DNA of 62,387 nt, filler included, from Choristocarpus tenellus KU-1152 (Eukaryota; Protista; Phaeophyceae), in NCBI GenBank assembly GCA_964200185.2. It is 13 parts of 13 records of this genome, joined end to end, with 100 filler letters (N's around TTAATTAATTAA, not from the genome) between each part and the next. Parts side by side here need not be neighbours in the genome. Positions count along the whole stretch, not along the records: positions 31,753 to 40,869 come from CAXNAD020003964.1; positions 40,970 to 48,538 come from CAXNAD020005950.1; 11 more parts are not named here. One strand, given 5' to 3'. The notes below the pieces were generated by a model. That model had not been told where the DNA came from and did not search any database. It saw only the letters and a program-made list of their open reading frames with translations. Shown piece by piece: positions 35,832 through 47,826 of this stretch; the first letter of the stretch is position 1, and every line of letters begins with the position of its first letter. Position numbers and translations under genes: made by a program.

Positions 35832-38800
35832 ATGTCGTTCACTTCCATGCGTTGTCCGATCTGCTTGCGGGATGCTCCGAGCATTGGCTGTCCCGTGGTC
35901 GCCCAATGGGTCGACGAAGAAAGAATGAGCTTCCTAACTTCACATGTGGCTAAAGGCGAACCAGATGCACTGGCCGACATGGCCGGATTTTGGTCCTCTG
36001 CAGTGAAACACGCCTATGAAGAGGCAGGGGGACTGTCGTTGGACCCTAGCGTTCTCGCTCGTACCACCCTTTCCTGGCACGGTACCACTTCCCCAGGTCT
36101 AGTCTCCGCTTTGCAAGCAATGATATCCTCAGGGGAACTGGTACGCAGTGATCAGGTAGTGCTTTTTGGCAGCATTGACAGAACGGGGGTTTGATTCAAT
36201 AGTTTGCCTAGCATGCCCAGCATTCTCAGTTGACCTTCATTCACAGCATTTCTTACAACAATGCTGAGGGGAAGTGTAACGTAGAGGACATTCTAAACCC
36301 AAACGCAGCTGTTCCTCGCCCCTAACTGGCGACCACAACTCGCGCGTCACCGTGTTTGATGCCCACATTTCCATTTAGTGGAATTACAGACAGCTTTTTC
36401 GCCATCACTATATCTGTTTTTTAGCAGTTCAAAAAATTATGCACACCACCTCTTCGTTCTTGCTCCTGCGTGTGGCTGTGGCTTGAGAACCTTCCACGCC
36501 ATGAAGACCTTTAAGAAATCTATCCTTATCCAATGACTCTAGGTGGTGACAAATTTCAGTGCACGTCTGACAAAGGTGCTGGTATATACACCATTAAGCT
36601 ACGGATTGGGCCTGTTGTGGCCCTCAGGACCTCATCACGTGGCGTCAGGGGAGTTTGTCCACAGGTTTGTGACGGTACTGATGTATCGACGGTGACAGTA
36701 GCGACTTCCATCTAGCTGCCAAAGGGGTCAAATAGGGTGCATCACTCACTCGCCACAGTGCAACTGCATAGACACTTCATCATGCATATTGGGGAAATTG
36801 TTGTGTTACCATGTGCAACACCCGTTTGGAATACTTGGTAATATACCACAAGGAGAAATGCAAGACCATACAGCTGTGACCACCATCATGTCTAGGCCAA
36901 TTTCTTGCTTCTATTTTGTTGGGTGTTGCAGGCAAGTGCTGGAGAGTGTGTCAAGCAAACTATCCAATCACTGTCAAAATTTGCCTGAGCAGGATCGAAC
37001 TGTGGTTCTCTCCAACCCTCAGGCAAGGCATGTCTTTGCAAATCCCTCTTTCTCTTAATATACCAGTGTTACACCGATTGTTGCAGCTCTCCTTTTCTAA
37101 AGTGAGTCTTGCAGAGTAGCAAAATGATTCCAACTGCAAATCTAAGACAAAACTTGACCTTAGTTGAAATTAAGGTATCTGATACACTCAGTAAAAACTT
37201 CAGCGAGCAATCGAGATACCCCGCCCTGACCCTGTACACCCTTTTCCAGAAAATATCTGGGAAGACAGCTCCGTGTTCATTAGAATGGCTTTGCAAAGCG
37301 GCAGCAGCATCAGCTGATTTGGTGTGTGGAAATCAGCATCCAGGAAATGAAGTGAATGTTCAGTCTGCAGGTGGAGTTTCGTCCATCCTGGGCAATATCC
37401 AAGGACCAGACTTAGAATTGCTGGTAGACTATCTAGTCTACACAAACCGTGCTGTCAGGCAGGGCCGTGTCATAAAGCTTATGGGTGAAGCTGGGGTGGG
37501 GAAAGGGACAACTATGACCATCACAGAGGCAGACAAGAATCTTCTATTCCTTCGGTGTACAGGTGACCCCACTGACTTCTATTTTCTTTTTTTTCATTAA
37601 TATTTATTTTTTATGTTGCGGAGCGTGATGCGCTCCTCACCGATACATTGTAGGTATGCAGTAAGATGATTGCACACAACTTGGGAGGTTGAGTATATTG
37701 CTGGCATTTTTTCGAGTTGTTAATTTACTGGAGCTGTAGCTTGCAACTACTACCCACTCAGTTGGTGGCAGGTCAATTGGTCGCAATGGTTCAGTTTGGT
37801 CCTAATCCACAAGTGCAAGGCACAAAGGTCCCCCCCCACCCGGGTTAGGTAGTGAGGGGTGCTATGCCATTTTTGTGCTTGAGGTTTGCGAGGTATGAAC
37901 AACCTTAGATGGTGTCCCTGAACCCGTTCTATCTTGCTCTACAACAATGCAATTTTTGAGTCCTTGTCCTACTCCAAAACCCTGTGTGACTTTCATAGTG
38001 GTAAGTCTTGAGGGGGAAGTCAGGCAGCTGCAGCAGCGCTCAGATGATGCCCGTTTAGCTGCCCTAAAGGTCAAGAAACAAGGGCAGACGCATGTAGCAT
38101 TGATGCACATGCGAAGGCGAAAGCTCTGTGAAGGAGCTCTTAGCAAGAGGACGGGGGCTCTGTCCACTCTAGAGGAGGTGCTTCACAAGGTGTGCAACTT
38201 ACTGGATGTGATCAGATAGGCTTAAAATGAAGGCTGCCTTGGATTATCACTCTCTCCACATGTTGGAGGTGTAATTCTTGTGACATGATTCAATTTTTGG
38301 CATGAGATCCGTGCCTGAAACTTCTCTCTTACCTTGTGTCAATATGATCAGAAGAGGAAAAGTAGAGGTTCTGATATGATTACTGATTTGAAGATGGCTT
38401 GTTGGCTTCATCTCAGGTTTCTGGGTAGAACTTTCTGCTGAGCAGGAATAAAGAGTAGCAGTTTTTAAATAGTTGAAAGAGCCATCTGAGGGTAGAAATT
38501 AGACCAAGGACTGCAGCTTTCCTGTTGGCTGGGTCTTGAATGGCACAAAAAGGGGTATTAAGGCACACCAGAAGGGTGACGATTTTCTATTCTTCTCAAG
38601 CCTTGGTTGAAGTTTAGGTCATAGAAACATCTTAGAGGCAACCTATGAAAATTTTTGGTTTAGGGTTAGGGCTGTGAGAAATGTTTTTAGTCAAATGAAA
38701 AAAACATCATCAGTTTTTTCTTTTTTGTGAGATCTGTAGCTAGGGTTAGGGTTAGTTGATGGTTATACCTCCTCGTTTAGTGCCATGTGTGAACGAAAAA

Positions 38801-40869
38801 AGTAATTGTATAACATTCCAATTGAAAAGGGGTGGAGGATTGCATCAAGTACATCCTACAAGCGTGTTGTTTTGCTAAGGGCAGTCGTCTCCTCTTTCAC
38901 TATGAACCCCTAACCCTAACCCTACAGTTCTCATCTGTCTGTGCCATGTGAACATAAGTTACTATGTGCAATAATTGTCAAAATGTCATTATATTTTGAT
39001 AGTAGGGTTAGGGTTAGGGTTAGGGTTAGAGTTAGAGTTATACTTCGACGAATCAACAAGGAGGTTTGAGATTGATGCCACGCAATTTTATCTCTTCAAG
39101 ACTTTCAGTATCTCTGGAAAATTTCATTTGCTGCTCAAAGTCGTAATTTTATCCAGCTTTCACCCTTGTCGGTAAAACTGTATGGAAGGCATCTGTTGAC
39201 GTCTATGTAACTGTTGATATTGATGCATACATTAACTCACTTTTGACATACAGATTTACACGTGTTTTACATTTATATTTACATACATTTACATTTACAT
39301 TTACCTACAGTGTTTTTTGAACTCCAGAAGAGATGAACTCAATACAGGCTGCAAGACATGCTATACAATCAGCAGACAATGATGAAATCTTATATACCTA
39401 CATGCATACAATTTTGTCTAAATATAAGTTATGTGTAAGTATGCAATATCTATCGACATGATTGTGTACTCTTCAAGACAAAGACAGCACATGGGTTAGG
39501 GTTAGGGTTAGGGTTAGGGTTAGCATGGTACTCGGGAGACACTGAGGGTCATGCCATTCACTTGTACTGCCTCTGTAGGGATGCGGCATCCTGTTCAAGA
39601 ATGACTTGTCCATCTCAGTTGTGGAAAAGATGAAGGTCATGATACCCAACTAAAAGGTGTTACTTCTAACGATGATACATAGTTATTTTTAAAACATGGT
39701 GTCATGTTATTCCAATTCCAATAATAGCAGTCTCATAAGGGATAATCAGGCAAATCTCTAATGTCTCTCAACATTGGACCCCTTGCAATCTGCTACCTCA
39801 ACCTCCGAGCATCCACTTTGACGGTAAAAAATGGCAGAGTCAATTCGCTGCACATCCCCACGAACCATCTAAAGTACCAGCGTTAGCATTTTATTCATTT
39901 GCTCAAGGATCAAGTACCTGCCTATTGCACTCTGGTGGACTTCTGTCTCCTGATGTCCTTTTAAAAGTATTGGTCTGCAGAATCTCAAGTCGATGTGTCA
40001 ACATGTGTATCTGCACCCCTCAGGTCTTTGGTAACCCCTAACCCTAATCTATATTATAACCCTAACCCTAACCTAACTTCTGTTCCAATCTTTAATCCTA
40101 ATGAACCAATGATATCCAATGGTCCGTGCAGGTAGAGTCCCTGCAATTTGACAGGCAGGTGCTGGAGGCACAGGAAGCTGCAACCAAGGCATTGAGGGGA
40201 TTAAGAGAGGATCACAACTTGTCCGTGGATAGGGTAGATGATGCAATCGAAGCCCTTGCAGAGGTAAGCTGAAAGTACAGCAAATGACACACAATCCACG
40301 CACTCAAGTGCATGATCTGTGGATGTTCCTCTTCCACAAGAATGGTATTTTTTTTTGTCTATCTCTATTAAAAGTGCATTGTGGGGTACTAAGTTCTGTA
40401 CTTGGTTTTCATATTCTTGGATGTCTTGTTCCCCCTGTGTGTGTAGGTTTGTATTGGTGTATGAGTACATGCTGTTCCATCCCCTATCTCGAACAATGCC
40501 ATATCTTGTCAGTTTCCCCTTCTTCTTAAGCTGTGTCTAACAAACTGATGCAACTGCAACTACCACTGTATTGCTGCAAAATTGTTCCACATACAATCCC
40601 CTAACCTGCTCTACAGGAGATGGAAGAGCAAGACGCCATCAGCAATGCTCTTGGTCAGATGGGCATACAACAGGTCCTGGATGATTCAGAAGAACAACTT
40701 CTGGAAAAGGAACTTGCACAACTGTTGCTTGAGGAGGAAAATACTAGCCAGCAACGACCTATAACGGCTCCTGCAATTCCATTACCCATGGCAGCCACGG
40801 GTATACCCGTGGCTGCCATAGGCACAACTGCAAAAAAAACAAAAACACATGTGGAGGGTAGAGTAGCAC
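35832..40869 (+). CDS. CHMP7: CHMP7 (ESCRT-II/III hybrid, Snf7 domain); exons 35832-36155, 36543-36664, 36932-37022, 37250-37562, 37999-38189, 40132-40263, 40617->40869; 3' end cut by contig break
   Basis: N-terminal WH-like region with FWSSAV...SWHGTTSPGLVSALQAMISSGELV and TPLSYGLGLLW...GEFVH. Snf7 core ARLAALKVKKQGQTHVALMHMRRRKLCE...LSTLEEVLHKVE...VLEAQEAATKALR...LSVDRVDDAIEALAEEMEEQDAISNAL...LEKELAQLL. Exon phases are all consistent. Confidence 0.92.
38659..40075. repeat. Cluster of short interstitial (TTAGGG)n / (CCCTAA)n arrays in CHMP7 intron 5
   Basis: Arrays at about 38659, 38741, 39003 and 39492 (TTAGGG) and at 38908, 40032 and 40058 (CCCTAA). Isolated arrays also at about 168-187 and 47461-47474. 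Confidence 0.9.
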
Positions 40870-41358
40870 NNNNNNNNNNNNNNNNNNNNNNNNNNNNNNN
40901 NNNNNNNNNNNNNTTAATTAATTAANNNNNNNNNNNNNNNNNNNNNNNNNNNNNNNNNNNNNNNNNNNNCCCCTCCCCCAGATACTTTGGGTCATTAATC
41001 TTGAACACACCTCTAACACAAACCAATGAACGATGTGCTACGACTTCAACCAAACCCTCACTATTTCCTCTTCTTTAATCTCTCCCTTGACAAGTTTCAC
41101 AAAATGTTCGTATGAGAGCATTAATGTACAATAAAGCACATAGTTATAGTCTATATCGTTCCGGTGATTACTCCCTTCATCATGCTCTATCAAGTTCGCA
41201 TTGAAGTGATTTGAGAGCAAAATAAGGATTGTGGGGAGATGTCTCGCCGCTTCACGTCAAGGACAGTAGTGTATGCAAACACTCTGCTGAAAGTTGTACA
41301 AGACGCTCTTCAGAGGCCTCCACGCTCTCTCTCGAGTATTGAGCAAATCGCTCACATT

Positions 41359-41677
41359 TGTGGAAAATAGGACAATAGTGAGGCGTACCTTATTTTGAGT
41401 ATGAGAGATGTAACTAATGAGATAGTACATACATCTGGATTATAATGGGATTATGTATGCTTTTTTTTTTCTACATTCAACTACTTCGACATAACCGTCG
41501 ACTTATGTAGGAAGCACAAAATAATAATAAAACAAGCAATAAAAAGATATCCCACAAAGGTCACTCTTCTAATTTCAACCATATCATCATGTTCAGCAAT
41601 GGGGAACCGTGTGAGGCTTCACACCTTCTTGTCTTCACTACCGATAAATAGCATTTCCTCCCAGGGTAAATTGCACA
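41359..41677 (+). repeat. 5' LTR
   Basis: TGTGGAAAATAGG...GTAAATTGCACA; direct repeat of 44851-45164. Confidence 0.93.
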
Positions 41678-41687
41678 GGTTATGAGC
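41678..41687 (+). promoter_or_regulatory. Primer binding site, half-tRNA-Met type
   Basis: GGTTATGAGC directly abuts the 5' LTR and is complementary to a tRNA-Met anticodon arm rather than the 3'-CCA end. Confidence 0.75.
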
Positions 41688-44600
41688 TTTAGTAGTATGG
41701 AGATCGGCCTGAAGAAACTTGTTGTCTGGACGGGGGCCGCAGGAAGGTCAATGGAGACCTGGTCCACTTGGAGACTGTCATCAATAAGCCATGCTGGTGG
41801 AAAGGGTTTTTACAAAATTACGAGGGACTACGAGAAACAGCACCATCTTGGGGGAGGCAGTGCGAACGGCACATGCCACACATATCAAGAACAACAAGGC
41901 GTTACAGTTCCTGCTTAATCAAGCAACAAAGGCATCGGCATCGGCAATCGTTGCACGTTACAAAAACGGGAGTCAGCCAGACGGCAGAGGGGCCTGGTTG
42001 GAACTAGAAAGAATCTATGGAGGACACGCGGAGGATGAGATCCCCGTGCAGGTCATCACTTTGGAGGCTAAACTCCGAGAACTACAGTGTGCAGCGTCTC
42101 AGGACAGCATCGATTTTGTCGTTAAGCTAGAGCGATAATTTGCGGAATTTGAGGAGCTCAAGGAGTCAAAATCGGAAAACATGAAGAGGGCATCTATACT
42201 GCTTAGGAACAAGGTGTTCTTAGATAGTAGTGCTGCTGATGCACTATAAACACCATCGGTGGAGAAGATAGGAAAGATAAACAGGCCATGCCACATGTGT
42301 TCGCTCAATTAATAACGCGCCCAGACATTATTAGCTATGAGGAGCTCAAATGGGCAATCATCTCGTCGACAACTTACCTTCACTCAGGGCAAGATGGGCA
42401 TGATGGGGTATTGGCCATGCATGGCAATGTAAGGAAAGGCCATGCTCGGAAGACCAGGGGATCAGCTGGAAGCGGCCCCAAACCAAGTCAATATGCATAC
42501 TGCTTGAAGATGAACCATCAATGGCAGAAGTGTTACTCATATTTGAATGGAAAGTCACCTGCAACACGTCCGCCAGGGATGGCACCTGTGAGAACATTTC
42601 CGCCACCTCCACCTGGTGGAAGCAGCAACAGAGTCGACGGGAACCAAGCGCCCTCCTCTACTTTCAAGGTGACAGCAAACGATGAAGTTAACAAAAGTGC
42701 GGTGTTCAACTCCTCCAGTGGAAGACAAGTCGAGATATTGTGTGACTCTGGAGCAAACGTACATCTTATACCTGATCGTGAACATCTCAGAAGCACCCCG
42801 GCCACCAAACGAACATGCACCTTCGGTAATAATGGGAAATTGGAAGCGAAGGAAACCGGGGATATGGTTCTAATGGTGACGGATAAGGACAGCAAACCAA
42901 CAAGAGTGGTTCTGAAGGATCTTCAATGGGTGCCAGGTATAATATGCCGTATATTGAGTACTGGAAGTATACGACGGAGTGGAGGAGAATTTATGGATTT
43001 AGGAATAAAAGAAAATTATCTGAGGACCACCAGGAATCACCCAAGATAAACCTACAAAAGTCGAGGGGTTCTTATATTTAACTGGAACCATAATCACCAC
43101 GGAACAAGAAATGAGAGCCAGCGCTGCACGAGCCAACCATATACAGGGGCTGACATTGAGCGACTGGTACAACATATTGAGTCACATCAACCCATCAGCA
43201 ACCAAGCATCTCGAGAAACGTGAACCTTTGGAGATCACCGATGCTACTGTGGCGTCGGAACTGCGATGCGAGACGTACAAGGAATGAAAATCCGAGGCTT
43301 TAAGCTATCAATGCGGTGGCACGACCCCCAAGCAGCCTGGCGAGGTAATACACGGATTTGGCAGGACCCTTTCAACCCGGCATCACTGTTCATAAATATT
43401 GCCAGGTGTTTGTTGATGCGAGCAGCCGAGACAAGAGGGTTTATGGATCGAAAACAAGAAATGCAGTGACCGACGCAACCGCTGCCTATATCAATCAGAT
43501 GGCCAGGGAAGGTATACAAGTCCAATGCATCAGTGGTGATGGTGCTGGCGAGCTTGGGAGATCGGTGAAGTTCCAAAGGATGCTGGCGAACAACGGTACC
43601 CGATGGAGGAAATCCCACCAAGAACATCACAGAGCAACGGGATCGACGAAAGGGCGATAAAGCAACACATGGAGCAGCAAGGAGTCAACTGGCAATGGCC
43701 GGGCTGGGCGACGAGTACTGGTTCTTTCACGGACGTGGCCTTCAAAGCTGGAGGTTAAGGAGACATGGGATATGGTACGATCGATAACGAGCAAGAACTG
43801 GAGGCCAAGGGGGATACTTTGGTACCTGGTATGCCATGCCGATTATTGATCACTGGGACCCTGTGACAAGGTGACGGGGATTATCGAGACAATGCAGCCG
43901 GAGCTGCAACCCTGAGCCTGAGCCTGAGCCTGAGGCACAATAATCTGCCTATGCACCTGGAGCAGTCGTCACAACACTTGTCCCTGAGGGGGCATGCCCA
44001 TCGATTGGAGACCCCAAGATTGTTGCTTACAGAATGAGAAAAGTAATTGCTGTACCTGCCACTAGGGGAGCAGGGCATTGGCAGTAACAGTAACTAAGAC
44101 TCCACCAGAAAGGAAGGTTGTCAGCAAAGGCCTGCCTGCACAAGACTTGTAAGTCTGGGGAGTAAATAATATCTACTCCAGACCATTAAGAACCATCGTC
44201 TATATCAGAGGTACCCTGGCGAGGAAGGTTGTCAGCAAATGGCCGCCTGTCACGGGGCCTGACACGTGAGAATGGCAAGCGGCAATGGAGAAGATGGAGC
44301 AACAATGGATGAAGGGAACATTCATAGAGGGAGAGGTTTGACATGGGGAAGAAATCCTTTCAAGACTAAGTCTGAATTTAAGATAAAGCCAACAACTGAG
44401 GAGACCATTGAACAATTCAAGGCCAGGTTGGTAGCACAGGACTTCACTCAACGAGAGGATGCACAAAAAAATCAATTATGAAGGCTTCAAGCCTGGGGGA
44501 GTGAGTGCTACGTCCAACAAGAGAAGCAGCAGAAGGGGGCTGGTTCAAACTTTCATCCTTACACTAAACGAGGGATCGTCATGGGACACGATTGTACATC

Positions 44601-44850
44601 ACTGTGTTGGTACATCTAAAGAAGCAGGTACAAGACTTCGTAGACACTGTGTTGACTAGATGAATGACGCATGTTAGAGTTGAAGCAATCAGTTTTCTTT
44701 TACTCTATTGACAGGATAAATGTGATGTGTGTGAGAGTTGAACCAATCTGTCTTCTTTTACTTCCACTCTCATAGGGCTGTGTGCAGAATAAGATGCTTT
44801 AGGTTTGAGAGTTCCAGCAACCCTTCATTGTCTGTACTCTCATGGGGTAG

Positions 44851-45164
44851 TGTGCAAAATAGGACAATAGTGAGGTGTACCTTATTTTGTGTATGAGAGA
44901 TGTAACTAATGAGAAAGTACATCCGGATTATGAATGGGATTATATATGGGTTTTTATTCTGCATTCAACTACTTCGACATAACCGTCAACTTATGAATGA
45001 GGCACAAATAATAGTAGAACAAGCAATAAGAAGATATCCCACAAAGATCACTCTTCTAATGTCAACCATGTGATCACGTTCAGCAATGGGGAACCATGTG
45101 AGACTTCACACCTTCTTGTCTTCACTGGTGATAAATAGCATTTCCTCCCAAGGTAAGTTGCATA
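44851..45164 (+). repeat. 3' LTR
   Basis: TGTGCAAAATAGG...GTAAGTTGCATA followed by GCATT. Confidence 0.93.
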
Positions 45165-47788
45165 GCATTTTCCCTGACTGGGCCTGTCACCAAAGAGGAG
45201 GCTTGGACCTTGATACTGGGGAACTGCAAGCATATCTTTGGTGAAAATGCAGTGAAGGTTAGTTACACAATTGCGCAGACCAATGCACAAATGTTTGGAT
45301 ACACCTCTATCAATGAGTCTGCTGAGTTATTGGATGAGGAAAACTTGTTACCTGGAGAGGTCCCTCCCTCCTTTCCTCCTCTGTCCGACCGACCCCTGAC
45401 CCCTAAGGATCCATCCCCTCCAAGAGGGGCTGATTTATAGTCTTTTTGGTTTATAGTGTGGGGACTATACCAACCTGTCATCAGAGGTATCACGCACTGT
45501 ACCAATTCTCATATACACTACTATTAATACCACAAGTGTAACTGACTGTTGCAATAAGACTAATCGTACTGCCTCCCCTCGTGCCTTGATTCTCGCGCAT
45601 TATTGGATTGAGTCATTGCATCACTTGTCACTCCCCCTCCCCCCTCAAATATTGTGATAGACCCACCCCAGCGTCGCTTGGCAATGAAGCCTACCTTGTT
45701 CTTGGCTCAATACTTTTGTTGTATAGCCACGGATAGGATAGGTCAGGTGTGTAAGCGGTAGTGTTTGCAGGGTGGACATTGGAAGATCGAAACCGCAAAA
45801 AATCTGGCGCTGATGGGACCGGGACCCGCGAGATTCGCCCAGGTTTGACTACTCTCCAGGTAGCTCAGGGATTTCTAAAGATTCTAACAGAAACAGCTTC
45901 CATTTGCACTGAGCCATGAAGAGCCCTTCCACAAGTAATATACTCTCGACTATCCCAACTATCCAGAAGAGTTCACAACGTATGCAGTACGGATTGTACA
46001 CCTACTCTAGCTGTACTAAATGTTCCTGCAACAAGGATTAAGTATCTGGAAATTCAAAATGAGATGGTACGGTGTCATTTCCGAGTGACGTCGAGGTGGG
46101 GGTCAAGTGCGATATCAAAGGAATGGGGCGGAGTGACTATGGGTTGGGATGATTGAACCCAACTGGTGAAGAAGACATCATTGGAGGCAGTGTTACTAGC
46201 TGCAGTGGATTAGTTGGGCAGAATGGATACTATGAGAAATATTGCAGTGTGAAGTGCCTCTGACCATCGGCCAGGATAGTCCTCTGGACAAAATGACGAA
46301 TAGGATTATCATTTTACACCCTTGTGAGAGTGCAGGGTGGGGCAGATAGGACATTACAGGTAGCATAGATCAGGTGAACTCCATAATACTTGTCTTCAGA
46401 CTTCGGAACATCTAAACCATATTGTTCTCAGAAGGTTTCTGGTATCAAAGAGCTTCAAGGCCCAGAAATTTATGCTGGGAACCATATCCATTGACAACTA
46501 AGGTAGGAGGGCGATATTGAGGGGTGCCTTGAGAGGGAGGGATATTTGTACAAGGTGGGGATCATATGGAAATGAGATTCTCGAGGTAGTTATACATGGG
46601 CAAGTGGAAATTGCCCATTGCAATTATTGAAAATGGCATGATATTGTGTGGTGCAGGTTGCCTTTGGGAAGCTTGTACTCGCTATATTTGATGCTGGGGA
46701 AGTGTGTAGTTGGAGTTGGTCCTATCGATAATGATATTATTGTTGTAAAGACCAACTTCTGTTTTACACACCACCAGTTGGCTTGATTCCTACAGCAAGA
46801 GCTTGTGTGGTGAGGAGCTCTATTGCTAAATAAATCAGAAAATGTACACTGATATGGACATCTCAATGTTGCTCAACGTGTTGAATGCAACAGCCATTTG
46901 GCACACTGCAACACATGATGGTTGATACAATTATATTCAGTGGCACTACAGGTCATCCTTGTGAGGCTATGCTAATTTAAGCTATGTTTCTCACTTAACC
47001 AAGCAATTGCAAGTGCACTGTGCACTATTTCCCTGGTAGCATGATTGCAAGTAAGACAATTTACATCATCGAGTTCAACGTATCTGCATGGTGCTTAGAA
47101 CCTCTAGTGGCATGGAGGTCACACTCTCAACCAAGGTCACACTAGCTGGTGAATAGAGAGGAAGTTCTTCCTTCAATGCTGTGGACAGAAATCTAATTCC
47201 GCTTGCCCCCAGCCCCCTACCCCCCCCTATTCAACAATACCTTAACATCAGGTCTGGGTGCACTTTCATTTATCAACAATAATATCCTCATACCTCTTGG
47301 AATCTAGGTAGAAGAGTGTGCACTAAGACATAACTTGATGCAATGTGCATGTGGCACTGCTGCTGGAGTGCTCTATACTGGCATTCATAGTACGATATTT
47401 GCTTCAAAGAAATTCGAACTCCCTACCCTCTCAATACTTAGTACTATGAAATTGAGAAAACTAACCCTAACCCTACTCCTGTTGTGGTGGTACTTCGACC
47501 AATACTTAGTATGTTGAACCAAAGATAAAATGTACTGCTGTGCCATGGAGAAGAGACTCTCTCCCCCTGTTGGAGCCAGTTGGTATTTTCTTTTACTTTT
47601 GAGCATCTTTCTTCTAACTTGGTCTGCAGAAACCTAGCTAACTTCTCCTTTTTGAATGCTTGAGGTATGATGTGCTCGAGAATGGGTGCATGTACATTTC
47701 AACGGTGCTAAATATATTTTATATTTTTTGGTCATATGACAAGTTGAGCAGATGACTCGTCCATAGTTATTTTGGTACTCCAACAAAA

Positions 47789-47791
<3 letters not shown>

Positions 47792-47823
<32 letters not shown>
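47792..47823. repeat. (AT)n microsatellite
   Basis: Direct reading. Other microsatellites: (CATA)n about 1932-1966, (TTTACA)n about 39266-39304, (CA)n about 58420-58461. Confidence 0.95.

Positions 47824-47826
<3 letters not shown>

Larger units (their letters stand above)
41359..45164 (+). mobile_element. Ty1/Copia LTR retrotransposon, decayed and internally deleted (3.8 kb)
   Basis: LTRs 41359-41677 and 44851-45164; TSD ACATT/GCATT; PBS GGTTATGAGC; PPT-like ATGGGGTAG before the 3' LTR. Gag, protease (ILCDSGANVHL), GAG-pre-integrase (WYNILSHIN), integrase (TDLAGPF...FVDASSR...SGDGAGEL...QSNGIDER) and RT start (FKARLVAQDFTQ) occur in Copia order. Many stops and frameshifts; most of RT and RNase H is missing. 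Confidence 0.95.

Noticed and set aside
41038-41330. Minus-strand peptides resembling Copia RT/RNase H or a kinase HRD motif
   Set aside because: Only 3-4 residue resemblances in different frames. The plus strand gives a better continuous frame across the insertion site.
45470-46560. Possible Gypsy remnant on the minus strand (purine tract at 45646-45631 followed by TGACA; YYLWKG chromodomain-like peptide)
   Set aside because: No second LTR, TSD or convincing integrase/RT motif, so it is too degraded to call.
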